From positions 1,104 through 65,103 of the forward strand of contig JBEDUR010000133.1 of assembly GCA_040414865.1 (NCBI GenBank): a stretch of 64,000 nt of DNA, given 5' to 3'. Each line of letters begins with the position of its first letter. The stretch's first letter is position 1. The DNA comes from Acidimicrobiales bacterium. Its GTDB lineage: Bacteria; Actinomycetota; Acidimicrobiia; Acidimicrobiales; RAAP-2. Shown in pieces: positions 52,607-60,808 of the stretch. Both the position numbers and the translations under genes were made by a program. The notes under the pieces are model-generated. The model was not told the DNA's origin and made no database searches. It saw only the letters and a list, made by a program, of their open reading frames with translations.

Positions 52607-53319
52607 TCCTGCTCGGCATCGAGTCGGCCACCGCGCCGGTCGGGGCGGCGGTAGCGATCGACGGCCGCGTCGCCGCCGCGCTCAGTGTTTCCGGAGAGCG
52701 GCGCCACGCCGAGACCCTGGCCCCGGCGGTGGCTCGGGTGCTCGAGCTGGTGGGCCTGGAGCCGGCCGATCTCAATGCGGTCGCGGTGGACCTCGGCCCT
52801 GGGCTCTTCACCGGGCTCCGGGTCGGGGTGGCCACCGCCAAGGGCCTGGCCCAAGGGCTGGGCGTCGGGATCATCGGGGCCACCAGCCTGGAGATCCTGG
52901 CCGCTGGCGCGTTCGGTGGCGGTTGGCCGGGGGAGATCGCCGCCGTCGTCGACGGCCGCCGGAGCGAGCTGTTCGTCGCCCGGTTCGGCCGGGGCATCGC
53001 CGGCGAGCCGGTCGAGCTTTCACCGCCGGCCCGGGTCCGGCCGCCTGAGCTGGCCGGCGCCGTGGGCGTGCCCGGGCGCCCGACCTTGGTGTGCGGCGAC
53101 GGGGCGCTGCGCTACCGCGAGCTGCTCGAGGGTGCCGAAGGGGTGGTCGTGGCCGACACGCCGGCGGCGCCGGACCCCGCGGCCCTGGTTCGCCTGGCGA
53201 CAGCCCGGCTCTCCGCAGGCTGCCGGCTGCTCGAGGCCGCGCAGGTGATCCCGGTGTACCTGCGCGAGGCGGACGCCCGCATCAGCTGGACGCAGCGGAC
53301 AATGGTCGGCGATGGCTGA
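52603..53319 (+). CDS. tsaB: tRNA t6A37 biosynthesis protein TsaB
   Basis: 238 aa. MILLGIESATAPVGAAVA...DLNAVAVDLGPGLFTGLRVGVATAKGLA. Confidence 0.9.
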   Translation: MILLGIESATAPVGAAVAIDGRVAAALSVSGERRHAETLAPAVARVLELVGLEPADLNAVAVDLGPGLFTGLRVGVATAKGLAQGLGVGIIGATSLEILAAGAFGGGWPGEIAAVVDGRRSELFVARFGRGIAGEPVELSPPARVRPPELAGAVGVPGRPTLVCGDGALRYRELLEGAEGVVVADTPAAPDPAALVRLATARLSAGCRLLEAAQVIPVYLREADARISWTQRTMVGDG

Positions 53320-53854
53320 GAACGCGACCGCGCTGGCCGGGGTGGTTCTCGCCCCCATGCACCGCCGGGACTTGAAGGCCGTCCTCGAGATCGAGCGGCG
53401 CGTTTTCCCCGAGCCCTGGAGCCACAGCATCTTCGCCTCCGAGTTGGCCCTGCGGCACGGGCGGTCCTACAAGGTGGCCCGGCTCGGTCGGCGGGTGGTC
53501 GGCTACCGCGGCGTCATGTTCAGCGGAGAGGAGGCCCACATCACCACGATCGCGGTGGCGCGCGAGCACCAGCGGCATGGTGTGGCCACCGTGCTCCTGC
53601 TCGACGCGGTGGCGAGCTCGATCGAGTCCGGCGCGAACCAACTCTCTTTGGAGGTCGCGTTCTCCAACCACGGCGCCCAGACCCTCTATCGCAGCTTCGG
53701 GTTCGCCCCGGTGGGCATCCGCAAGGGCTACTACCAGATGACCGGCGAGGACGCCTACGTGATGTTCGTCTACGAGATCGACTCGCCGGCCTACGCGGCC
53801 CGGCTCGCGGCCATCGAGGACGCGGTGCGGGCCCGCCCGGCGCTGGCCCGATGA
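53312..53854 (+). CDS. rimI: Ribosomal-protein-alanine N-acetyltransferase RimI
   Basis: 180 aa GNAT. HITTIAVAREHQRHGVATVLL...LEVAFSNHGAQTLYRSFGF; canonical position between tsaB and tsaD. Confidence 0.88.
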   Translation: MAENATALAGVVLAPMHRRDLKAVLEIERRVFPEPWSHSIFASELALRHGRSYKVARLGRRVVGYRGVMFSGEEAHITTIAVAREHQRHGVATVLLLDAVASSIESGANQLSLEVAFSNHGAQTLYRSFGFAPVGIRKGYYQMTGEDAYVMFVYEIDSPAYAARLAAIEDAVRARPALAR

Positions 53855-54891
53855 GCGCCGACGGCGGGGAGGCGATTGTTCTCGGCATCGAGACCTCCTG
53901 TGACGAGACGGCCGCCGCGGTGCTGGGCCCCGGGTCGACGATCCTGTCCTCGGTCGTCTCCAGCCAGGTCGACGTGCACGCCCGCTTCGGCGGCGTGGTC
54001 CCCGAGCTGGCCGGCCGGGCTCATGTCGAGCTGCTCACTCCGGTCGTCGCCGAGGCGCTCGAGCAGGCCGGGGCCGAAGGGCGGCCCCCGGTGGCCGCCA
54101 TCGCCGTCACCTCGGGTCCCGGGCTCATGGGCTCGCTGCTCGTCGGGCTGTCCCACGCCAAGGCCCTGGCCATGGCGTGGAGCGTGCCCTTCGTCGGCGT
54201 GAACCACCTGGAGGGCCACCTCTTCGCCTCGCTCCTCGACCATCCCGATCTCGAGTGGCCCGTCGTCGTCCTCTTGGTCTCGGGCGGCCACACGATGCTC
54301 GTGGTCGTCGAGGGGCTCGGTCGCTACCGTCTCTTGGGCCAGACCCTCGACGACGCCGCCGGGGAGGCCTTCGACAAGGTGGCCCGGTTCCTCGGGCTCG
54401 GCTACCCCGGTGGTCCGGCCATCGACCGGGTGGCCCGGCTGGGCGACCCGGCCACCTTCGCCTTTCCCCGGGCCCAGCTCGAGGGATACGACTTCTCGTT
54501 CTCCGGGCTCAAGACCGCCGTCGTCCGTGCCGTGGAGCGGGCACCCGAGGCTTCGAGCGCCGATGTGGCCGCATCGTTCCAGGAGGCCGTCGTCGACGTG
54601 CTCGTGGAGCGGACCCGCCGGGCCGTGGCGGCCACCGGCGCCGCCGGGGTCTGCCTCGCCGGGGGGGTGGCCGCCAACTCCCTCCTGCGGGCCCGCGTCG
54701 AGGCGGCCTGCGCCGAACAGGGGGTCGTCGCGCTGGTGCCGTCGCTCGCCATGTGCACCGACAACGCGGCGATGATCGCCGCCGCCGGCCAGTGGCGCCT
54801 GGCCAACGGGCCTCCGAGCCCGCTCTCCCTCGGTGCCGACCCCAACCTGCACCTGGCCTTCTCGGCCGGGGCGGACTCGTCGCCCGCCTGA
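53851..54891 (+). CDS. tsaD: tRNA N6-adenosine threonylcarbamoyltransferase TsaD
   Basis: 346 aa. LGIETSCDETAAAV...VTSGPGLMGSLLVGLS.AKALA...VNHLEGH...SGGHT. Confidence 0.95.
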   Translation: MSADGGEAIVLGIETSCDETAAAVLGPGSTILSSVVSSQVDVHARFGGVVPELAGRAHVELLTPVVAEALEQAGAEGRPPVAAIAVTSGPGLMGSLLVGLSHAKALAMAWSVPFVGVNHLEGHLFASLLDHPDLEWPVVVLLVSGGHTMLVVVEGLGRYRLLGQTLDDAAGEAFDKVARFLGLGYPGGPAIDRVARLGDPATFAFPRAQLEGYDFSFSGLKTAVVRAVERAPEASSADVAASFQEAVVDVLVERTRRAVAATGAAGVCLAGGVAANSLLRARVEAACAEQGVVALVPSLAMCTDNAAMIAAAGQWRLANGPPSPLSLGADPNLHLAFSAGADSSPA

Positions 54892-55056
54892 CCCCGCACA
54901 TCGTCCTGCCCTCGAGCGGCGACCGCCGGGAGGAGGACATCCGGGACGGGTCCGCCGGGCGCAGATCCGCGGTTTCCTCGGGCCGCCGACCGCGCCCGGC
55001 AATAAGGGAAGAAGAACCTGCGTTAAATGAGGCAGAATGCGGTGAGAGGAGGGGCG

Positions 55057-55758
55057 ATGGGGGTTGCACTGATCACCGGCGGCTCACGGGGCCTCGGGCG
55101 GGCACTGGCCGCCGAACTGCTGGCCCGGGGCTGGTCGGTGGTGATCGATGGCCGGGACCCGGTCGTGCTGGCCGAGACCGAGCGGCGGCTCCGGGACGCC
55201 GACGGCGGGACGCTGCTGGCGCTGCCCGGGGACGTGACCGATGCCGTCCATCGCCGAGCCCTGCTCGACGCAGTGGAGCGACTCGGCGGGCTGGACCTCC
55301 TGGTCAACAACGCAAGCACCCTTGGGGTGACCCCGCTCCCGGCGCTGGCCGACTACCCACTGGACGTCTTGCGCCAGACCTACGAGGTCAATGTGGTTTC
55401 GCCGCTCGCCCTCGTCCAGGAGGCGCTCCCGCTGCTGCGGCGGTCGGCGGACCCGAGGATCGTGAACGTGACCTCGGACGCGTCGGTCGAGCCCTACCCG
55501 GGTTGGGGTGGCTACGGCTCGTCGAAGGCCGCCCTCGACCAGCTGAGCGCGGTCCTCTCGGCCGAGGAGCCCACCATCCGGGTGCTGGCGCTCGATCCGG
55601 GCGACATGCGGACCCAGATGCACCAGGACGCGTTCCCCGGAGAGGACATCAGCGACCGGCCCACTCCCGAGGCGGTCGCGCCGTCGATCGTGGCTGCGCT
55701 GGAGGGCCCGACCCCCGCCGGCCGGCACCGGGCGGCCGAGTTGGGGACGGCGTCGTGA
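55057..55758 (+). CDS. Short-chain dehydrogenase/reductase (classical SDR, sepiapterin-reductase-like spacing)
   Basis: ATG after GAGGAGGGG. MGVALITGGSRGLGRALA (TGxxxGxG), NNAS, YGSSKAAL (YxxxK). 233 aa. Confidence 0.85.
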   Translation: MGVALITGGSRGLGRALAAELLARGWSVVIDGRDPVVLAETERRLRDADGGTLLALPGDVTDAVHRRALLDAVERLGGLDLLVNNASTLGVTPLPALADYPLDVLRQTYEVNVVSPLALVQEALPLLRRSADPRIVNVTSDASVEPYPGWGGYGSSKAALDQLSAVLSAEEPTIRVLALDPGDMRTQMHQDAFPGEDISDRPTPEAVAPSIVAALEGPTPAGRHRAAELGTAS

Positions 55759-56816
55759 TCAGCGCGGTCCCCGAGGCCCCCCGGCTCGCCCCCGGCCTCG
55801 CCTTCGAGCTCCCGCCGGGCCTGGAGGCGAACGCCCCGCCGGAGGCCCGCGGGCTTTCCCGTGACGGGGTCCGGATGCTCGTCGCCCACACCGGCGACGG
55901 CTCGATCGTGCACGCCAACTTCTTCGACCTGCCCGCGTTCTTGGCCGAAGGCGACCTGGTCGTGGTGAACACCTCGGGCACGCTGGCGGCCGAGGTCGAG
56001 GCCAGAGGCCCAGGCGGCCGGTTCGCCCTTCATCTCTCGACGCGGCTCCCGGCCGAGTTGTGGACGGTCGAGCTCCGCCGTGACGGTCGGGCCTACTTCG
56101 CCGGTCGGGCCGGCGACGAGCTCGAGCTACCGGGCGGCGGCCGGGCCACGCTGCTCGCCCCCTACGCCACCCACCCCGAAGGGGTCCGACTGTGGATCGC
56201 GTCGCTGTCGTTGCCCGAGCCGCTCCCTGGCTACCTCGCGGCCCACGGCGCCCCCATCCGCTACGGCTACGTCCGAGGAGACTGGCCGATCTCCATGTAC
56301 CAGAACGTCTACGCGACCGAGCCCGGCTCGGCCGAGATGCCGAGCGCCGGGCGGCCCTTCACCGCCGAGGTGGTGACCAGGCTGGTGGCTCGGGGAGTCG
56401 GAGTGGCCCCGGTGCTCCTGCACACCGGCGTCGCCTCGCTGGAGTCGACCGAGCCGCCGTATCCGGAGTACTTCCGGGTCAGCCCGGCGACCGCCCGCCG
56501 GGTCAACGACACCCGGCGCGCCGGGGGGTCGGTCATCGCCGTCGGGACCACGGTCGTCCGCGCGCTCGAGACGGTGGTGGACGAACGCGGCTCGGTCAGC
56601 GCCGGGCAGGGGTGGACCGAGACCGTGGTCACGCCCGAGCGCCCGGTGCGGGCGATCGACGGCATGCTGACCGGTTGGCACGAGCCCGAGGCTTCCCACC
56701 TGGCGATGCTGGAGGCGGTGGCCGGCCGCTCGCTGCTCGAGCGCTCGTACGCTGAGGCGGTGGCCGAGGGATATCTCTGGCACGAGTTCGGCGACGTCCA
56801 CCTGATCCTGCCGTGA
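55755..56816 (+). CDS. QueA-family protein (S-adenosylmethionine:tRNA ribosyltransferase-isomerase homologue)
   Basis: GTGA overlap with the SDR stop. 353 aa, collinear with QueA: FELPPGLEANAPPEAR..SR.L, GDLVVVNTS, VYATEPGSAEMPSAGRPFT, LHTGV, VIAVGTTVVRALE, LTGWHEPEASHLAML, WHEFGDVHLIL. It is the last part of the artefactual 879-aa ORF 54177-56816. Confidence 0.75.
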   Translation: MISAVPEAPRLAPGLAFELPPGLEANAPPEARGLSRDGVRMLVAHTGDGSIVHANFFDLPAFLAEGDLVVVNTSGTLAAEVEARGPGGRFALHLSTRLPAELWTVELRRDGRAYFAGRAGDELELPGGGRATLLAPYATHPEGVRLWIASLSLPEPLPGYLAAHGAPIRYGYVRGDWPISMYQNVYATEPGSAEMPSAGRPFTAEVVTRLVARGVGVAPVLLHTGVASLESTEPPYPEYFRVSPATARRVNDTRRAGGSVIAVGTTVVRALETVVDERGSVSAGQGWTETVVTPERPVRAIDGMLTGWHEPEASHLAMLEAVAGRSLLERSYAEAVAEGYLWHEFGDVHLILP

Positions 56817-57529
56817 GCGACGAGCCCGAGGCGGCACCGTTCGCCGCCCTGCCGCCCACCCGCCGGGCTCTCCTCACTGCCCTCAAACGGGGCGGTCCGG
56901 CCACCGCGGCCGAGCTTGCCAAGCCGCTCGGCCTGGGGGTGGCGGCCGTCCGCCAGCAACTCGGGCGGCTGGCCGAGGACGGATTGGTCGGTCGGCGGCC
57001 CGAGCCTGAGGGCCGCGGCCGGCCCCGGCACCGCTACCAGCTCACCGGGGCGGCCGAGGCCCTGTTCCCCAAGCGCTATGGCGACCTCACGACCGAGCTC
57101 CTCGGCTATCTGGGTGGTCCCGCCGGTCCCGAGGTCGACCGGCTCTTCGACGAGCGTCGGCGCCGCCGGCTGCGGGGGGCGGCGCCCCGGCTGGCCGGCC
57201 GGTCCCTCGCGGCGCAGGTGGCCGAGCTCACCCGGGTCCTCGACGAGGACGGCTACCTGGCCGACGTCGAGGAGCTCGAGGGCGGGGGCTGGCGCATCGT
57301 CGAGCACAACTGCGCCATCCTCACCGTGGCCACCGGCTACCGCCAGGCCTGCTCGAGCGAGCTCGAGTTCATCCGGGCGGCCCTGCCCGGCGCACGGGTC
57401 GAACGGGTGGCCCACCTCATGGACGGCGCCCATGTGTGCGCCTACGAGGTCCGCCCGACCGGACCCGGGGCAGAAGCGGACCCCGCTCGCTCGGCGCCCT
57501 GCCCTACAGTCGGGCCGAGCGGCCAGTAG
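56813..57529 (+). CDS. ArsR-type winged-helix regulator with a SufR-like Cys-containing C-terminal sensor domain
   Basis: GTGA overlap with the QueA-family stop. wHTH RRALLTALKRGGPATAAELAKPLGLGVAAVRQQLGRLAEDGLV...GRPRHRYQLT. The C-terminus EHNCAILTVATGYRQACSSELEFI...GAHVCAYEV resembles SufR Fe-S ligand spacing. Confidence 0.65.
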   Translation: MSDEPEAAPFAALPPTRRALLTALKRGGPATAAELAKPLGLGVAAVRQQLGRLAEDGLVGRRPEPEGRGRPRHRYQLTGAAEALFPKRYGDLTTELLGYLGGPAGPEVDRLFDERRRRRLRGAAPRLAGRSLAAQVAELTRVLDEDGYLADVEELEGGGWRIVEHNCAILTVATGYRQACSSELEFIRAALPGARVERVAHLMDGAHVCAYEVRPTGPGAEADPARSAPCPTVGPSGQ

Positions 57530-57538
57530 GAGACGCCG

Positions 57539-58201
57539 ATGCCCGACGAGGACCCCGACCAGGCCGGCGCAGCGGGGTTGCCGCGCTACCCCGGCAGCGG
57601 AGTGCCCCCGCGGCCCGGGCCGTCGACCGACCGGCCCGGCGACCCGTGGTCCACCCAACCGACGACCCCCGGCGGCTACTACCCGCCGGGGACGACCCCG
57701 CCGCCGCGCTGGGGCGGTTCGCCCGGCCCGTACCCGGACGAGCGGGGCGTGGCCCAAACGGGTGCGCCGCTCGCCAACTACTGGGCCCGCGCGGCCGGGC
57801 TGCTCATCGACGGGGTGATCATCGCCATCGTCTCGCTCGTCTACCTCGTGCCCGCCCACGCCCTCAGGGGGATGCAATCCGCCGGCACCGGCCAACCCCG
57901 CTTCGGGGTCTCCAACGGCGGCGTGCTCGTCCTTCTCGCGATCGGTGCCCTCTACGCCGGGTTGCTCATCGGGCTGCGGGGCCAGACCCTCGGGATGATG
58001 GCGCTCAAGATCAAGGCCGTCGATGCGAGGACCGGGGAGCTCATCGGGTTCCCCCGGGCTCTCGGGCGGGACCTGTTCATGCGGCTGCTGGCCGCGTTGT
58101 TCTTCATCCCGCTCGTCATCGACCTGCTCTTCCCGGCCTGGGACCAAAGAAGGCAGACACTGCACGACAAGGTGGTCAGCTCCGTCGTGATCCGCGTCTG
58201 A
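57539..58201 (+). CDS. RDD family membrane protein with a Pro-rich N-terminal region
   Basis: 220 aa. Pro/Gly-rich first ~75 aa, then ANYWARAAGLLIDGVIIAIVSLV... with three TM segments and the conserved R..D..D pattern (RRQTLHDKV). Confidence 0.7.
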   Translation: MPDEDPDQAGAAGLPRYPGSGVPPRPGPSTDRPGDPWSTQPTTPGGYYPPGTTPPPRWGGSPGPYPDERGVAQTGAPLANYWARAAGLLIDGVIIAIVSLVYLVPAHALRGMQSAGTGQPRFGVSNGGVLVLLAIGALYAGLLIGLRGQTLGMMALKIKAVDARTGELIGFPRALGRDLFMRLLAALFFIPLVIDLLFPAWDQRRQTLHDKVVSSVVIRV

Positions 58202-58221
58202 GCGCGGCGCTTCGTCGGCGT

Positions 58222-59019
58222 TCAGCGCCGGCGCCCGACCACCCAGGCGAGCGCCACCCAGGCGGCGAGTGTCCAGGCAGCCAGCACGGCGTAGGCGCCG
58301 CCGACCCCGGTGACCAGGCTGGGATCGAGGCCCGAACGCACCACCTCGGCCATCGGATAGAGCGGCAGCACCTCGTGGATCCGGACCAGCCAATCCGGGT
58401 ACTGATCGGCCGGGAAGGCGATCGGTGTGAAGAGGATGACGAAGAAGATGAGCACGTTGGTCACCAGGTTGGTGACGACCGGGCTGACGATGAGGTGGGC
58501 CACGCCGTAGCCGACGGAGGCGCACATGAGCGAGACCAGGAGCACGGCCGGGATGAGAGCCGGTGTGGGCGACAGGGTCACGTGGTAGCGCCAGGCGCTG
58601 AGCCCGAGCGTCAGGGCCGCGCCGGGGATCGCCATCCCGGTGAACAGTGTGAGCAGCGAGGCCACCGCCGCGGTGCGAGGTACCGGGAGCGACCACACGA
58701 AGTCGTAGCTCCCCATGGACCGCTGCTGGCTGACGAGACCCGGCAGGAAGACCAGCCCCACCGGGATGATGGCGAGCGTGGGCGTCCCGGTCACGATGTA
58801 GACCGCGATCTCGTGCGGGACCGATCCCAAGAAGAAGCCGTAGGTCATGGCGATCCCGGCGCCGATCAGGGTCTGGAAGAAGGCGGTCTGGCCGAGCATG
58901 AGTCGGTTCGACGCGAAGTCGTAGGCGAGCAGCGCGCGGTAGGAGGCCAGCCAGTAGAGCGGTCCGCGGCGGACGAGGGCGATCCCGGCCGTGCTCACCG
59001 CCGGCGCCCCATCGCCCAT
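58222..59019 (-). CDS. ABC-2 type transporter permease (second permease)
   Basis: The real part of the 525-aa ORF 58222-59799 starts at MGDGAPAVSTAG... (ATG complement of 59017-59019), or at the GTG complement of 58996-58998, which makes a GTGA overlap with the upstream permease. Six hydrophobic segments. Paralogous to the adjacent permease. Confidence 0.75.
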   Translation of the reverse strand: MGDGAPAVSTAGIALVRRGPLYWLASYRALLAYDFASNRLMLGQTAFFQTLIGAGIAMTYGFFLGSVPHEIAVYIVTGTPTLAIIPVGLVFLPGLVSQQRSMGSYDFVWSLPVPRTAAVASLLTLFTGMAIPGAALTLGLSAWRYHVTLSPTPALIPAVLLVSLMCASVGYGVAHLIVSPVVTNLVTNVLIFFVILFTPIAFPADQYPDWLVRIHEVLPLYPMAEVVRSGLDPSLVTGVGGAYAVLAAWTLAAWVALAWVVGRRR

Positions 59020-59783
59020 GCCGCGACCCCGACCGACACCACCGTCCACAACGCCACCACCACGTAGGCCCGGCCGACGTCCGTGACGAGCCCCGAGGTC
59101 AGCCCGGCTCGGACGAGGATGCCCATGGACTCGAATGGGAGGACCGAGTTGAGCCTGGCCAGCCACTCGGGCAGGTGGGCGGCCGGGAACATGATCGGGC
59201 AGAACCCGAAGATGGCGAAAACGAGCAGCTGGGTGACGCTCTGGGTCAGCGTGGGCCGGTCGATGGCGTGCCCGAGGGCGAGACCGAGGGTGGTCCCGGA
59301 GAGGGCCACGAACAGCAATGCCGGAACGACCTGGACGCTCACGTCCAGGTGGAGGTGGTAGTGGGCCACGGCGACCAGGAGCGTCGCCACCACCGCCGGC
59401 AGCCCGATGATCAGGGTGACCACATAGGTGGAGGCGATCCGGACCACCCGGCGGACGGGCAGCGCGGCGAGGTAGTCGTAGGTCTGGGCCAGCTTGTGCT
59501 GGGCCACGTCCTGGGGAAAGACCACCAACCCGAAGGTGATCAGGTTGATCACCGGCACACCGGTGGCGACGTAGAGGGCCAAGTGTTGGGGGAGCTGCCT
59601 GAAGAACAGGCCGAACCCGAGCACGAACCCGATGCCCCCGAGGAGCTGCACGGCCACGAGCACGGGCAGCTGGAGACGGAGGGCTCCAAGGTCCCAGGCC
59701 AGCATGGCCCGGAGGGAAGGGAACCGGCCGAGGGGGGAAGCGGACGCGTCGACGGCGTCGGCGAGCGTCGCCCCCTCGATCAC
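58995..59783 (-). CDS. ABC-2 type transporter permease (first permease)
   Basis: 262-aa ORF with six hydrophobic segments; overlaps the ATPase stop by 4 nt. Confidence 0.78.
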   Translation of the reverse strand: MIEGATLADAVDASASPLGRFPSLRAMLAWDLGALRLQLPVLVAVQLLGGIGFVLGFGLFFRQLPQHLALYVATGVPVINLITFGLVVFPQDVAQHKLAQTYDYLAALPVRRVVRIASTYVVTLIIGLPAVVATLLVAVAHYHLHLDVSVQVVPALLFVALSGTTLGLALGHAIDRPTLTQSVTQLLVFAIFGFCPIMFPAAHLPEWLARLNSVLPFESMGILVRAGLTSGLVTDVGRAYVVVALWTVVSVGVAAWAMGRRR

Positions 59784-60772
59784 CGACCGGGCTCCTCACC
59801 GTCGGCGAAGCTCGCCGACAGCTCGCCGGTCAGCCGGATGTAGACGTCCTCCAGCGAGGTCGCGCCGAGGGAGTACTCCTCGGCGACGCCCGAGGCCACG
59901 AGGCGCTGGGCCCACTCGATCCCTGAGGCGGCATCTCGCTCGGCGATGGTGGTGATGAGGTTGTGGCCGACCGCCATCTGCGAGATGACGAAACCCGGGA
60001 GCTCGGGTGCGGCCCGTCCCGGGGCCAGCATCAGCTGGAGGCGGAGCCGCTCCCGGTCGCGGGCCTTCAGCGCCGAAGGAGTGCCCTCGGCGATCACCCG
60101 ACCATGGTCGATGAGGGCCAACCGGTCGACCGCTTTCTCCGCCTCGAGCACGTTGTGGGTCACCAGCAGCACCGCCGTGCCGGTTTCGCCGAGGCGCCGG
60201 ATCTCCTGCCACAAGAGGCGCCGGCGGAGGGGGTCCACGTCGTTGGTCGGCTCGTCCAAGATGACCACCCGACCGGGCCAGACGGCGACCATGGCGAAGC
60301 CGACGAGGCGCTTCACTCCCCCCGACAGCCTGACCCCGAGCGTCCGCCGCCACTCGCCGATGTCGAGGGCATCGATCATGCGGTCGGCCCGCGCTCGCAC
60401 GGTTGACCGGTCCCCGCCCCGGATCGCGCCGGTGAGCCGCACCGCCTCCTCGGCCCGGAACGAGTCGATCGGCAGCTGGGCTTGAGGGAGATACGAACAG
60501 AGTTGGCGGGCGGCCGACGGGTCCTCGATCAGGTCGTGGGGGCCGAGGGCGATCGTCCCCGACGTCGGCTTGAGCAACCCCACCAGCTGTTTGACCAACG
60601 TCGTCTTGCCGGCCCCGTTCGGGCCGAGCAGCCCGAACACTTCGCCGGGCTCGACGGTCAAGGTGATGCGGTCGTTGGCCAGGACCTTGTCGTAGGCCTT
60701 GGTGAGCCCGTCGATCCGCAGCGTCCAATCCAGGGCGACGCCGGCTCGAGTTACCGATCCCGCTTGGAGCAC
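59780..60772 (-). CDS. ABC transporter ATP-binding protein (DrrA/ABC-2 exporter type)
   Basis: 330 aa. Walker A GLLGPNGAGKTT, signature LSGGVKRLVG, Walker B VVILDEPT, plus a C-terminal accessory domain of about 90 aa. GTG start with no Shine-Dalgarno, possibly leaderless. Confidence 0.9.
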   Translation of the reverse strand: MLQAGSVTRAGVALDWTLRIDGLTKAYDKVLANDRITLTVEPGEVFGLLGPNGAGKTTLVKQLVGLLKPTSGTIALGPHDLIEDPSAARQLCSYLPQAQLPIDSFRAEEAVRLTGAIRGGDRSTVRARADRMIDALDIGEWRRTLGVRLSGGVKRLVGFAMVAVWPGRVVILDEPTNDVDPLRRRLLWQEIRRLGETGTAVLLVTHNVLEAEKAVDRLALIDHGRVIAEGTPSALKARDRERLRLQLMLAPGRAAPELPGFVISQMAVGHNLITTIAERDAASGIEWAQRLVASGVAEEYSLGATSLEDVYIRLTGELSASFADGEEPGR

Positions 60773-60808
60773 GTTTGGAGTATATTTAGGGCATGAACGG
60801 AGTACAAG
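60773..60808. promoter_or_regulatory. AT-rich 36-bp divergent control region between the ABC exporter operon and the RHH gene
   Basis: On the minus strand, TATACT (complement of 60779-60784) sits 6 nt from the GTG of the ATPase. On the plus strand, TATATT lies at 60781-60786. GGAGTA(T/C)A direct repeats lie at 60777-60784 and 60799-60806, with a degenerate GGAGCA at 60766-60771. Confidence 0.4.

Noticed and set aside
54177-56816. 879-aa plus-strand ORF spanning tsaD, the spacer, the SDR and the QueA-family gene
   Set aside because: Only the last 353 codons (from GTG 55755) look like a real protein. The upstream part is Arg/Gly/Pro junk, out of frame with the clearly real tsaD and SDR genes.
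58222-59799. 525-aa minus-strand ORF suggesting a fused double permease
   Set aside because: The N-terminal ~260 aa are Arg/Pro-rich nonsense that overlap, in another frame, the real first permease (58995-59783). Only the part from about 59019 down is membrane-protein-like.
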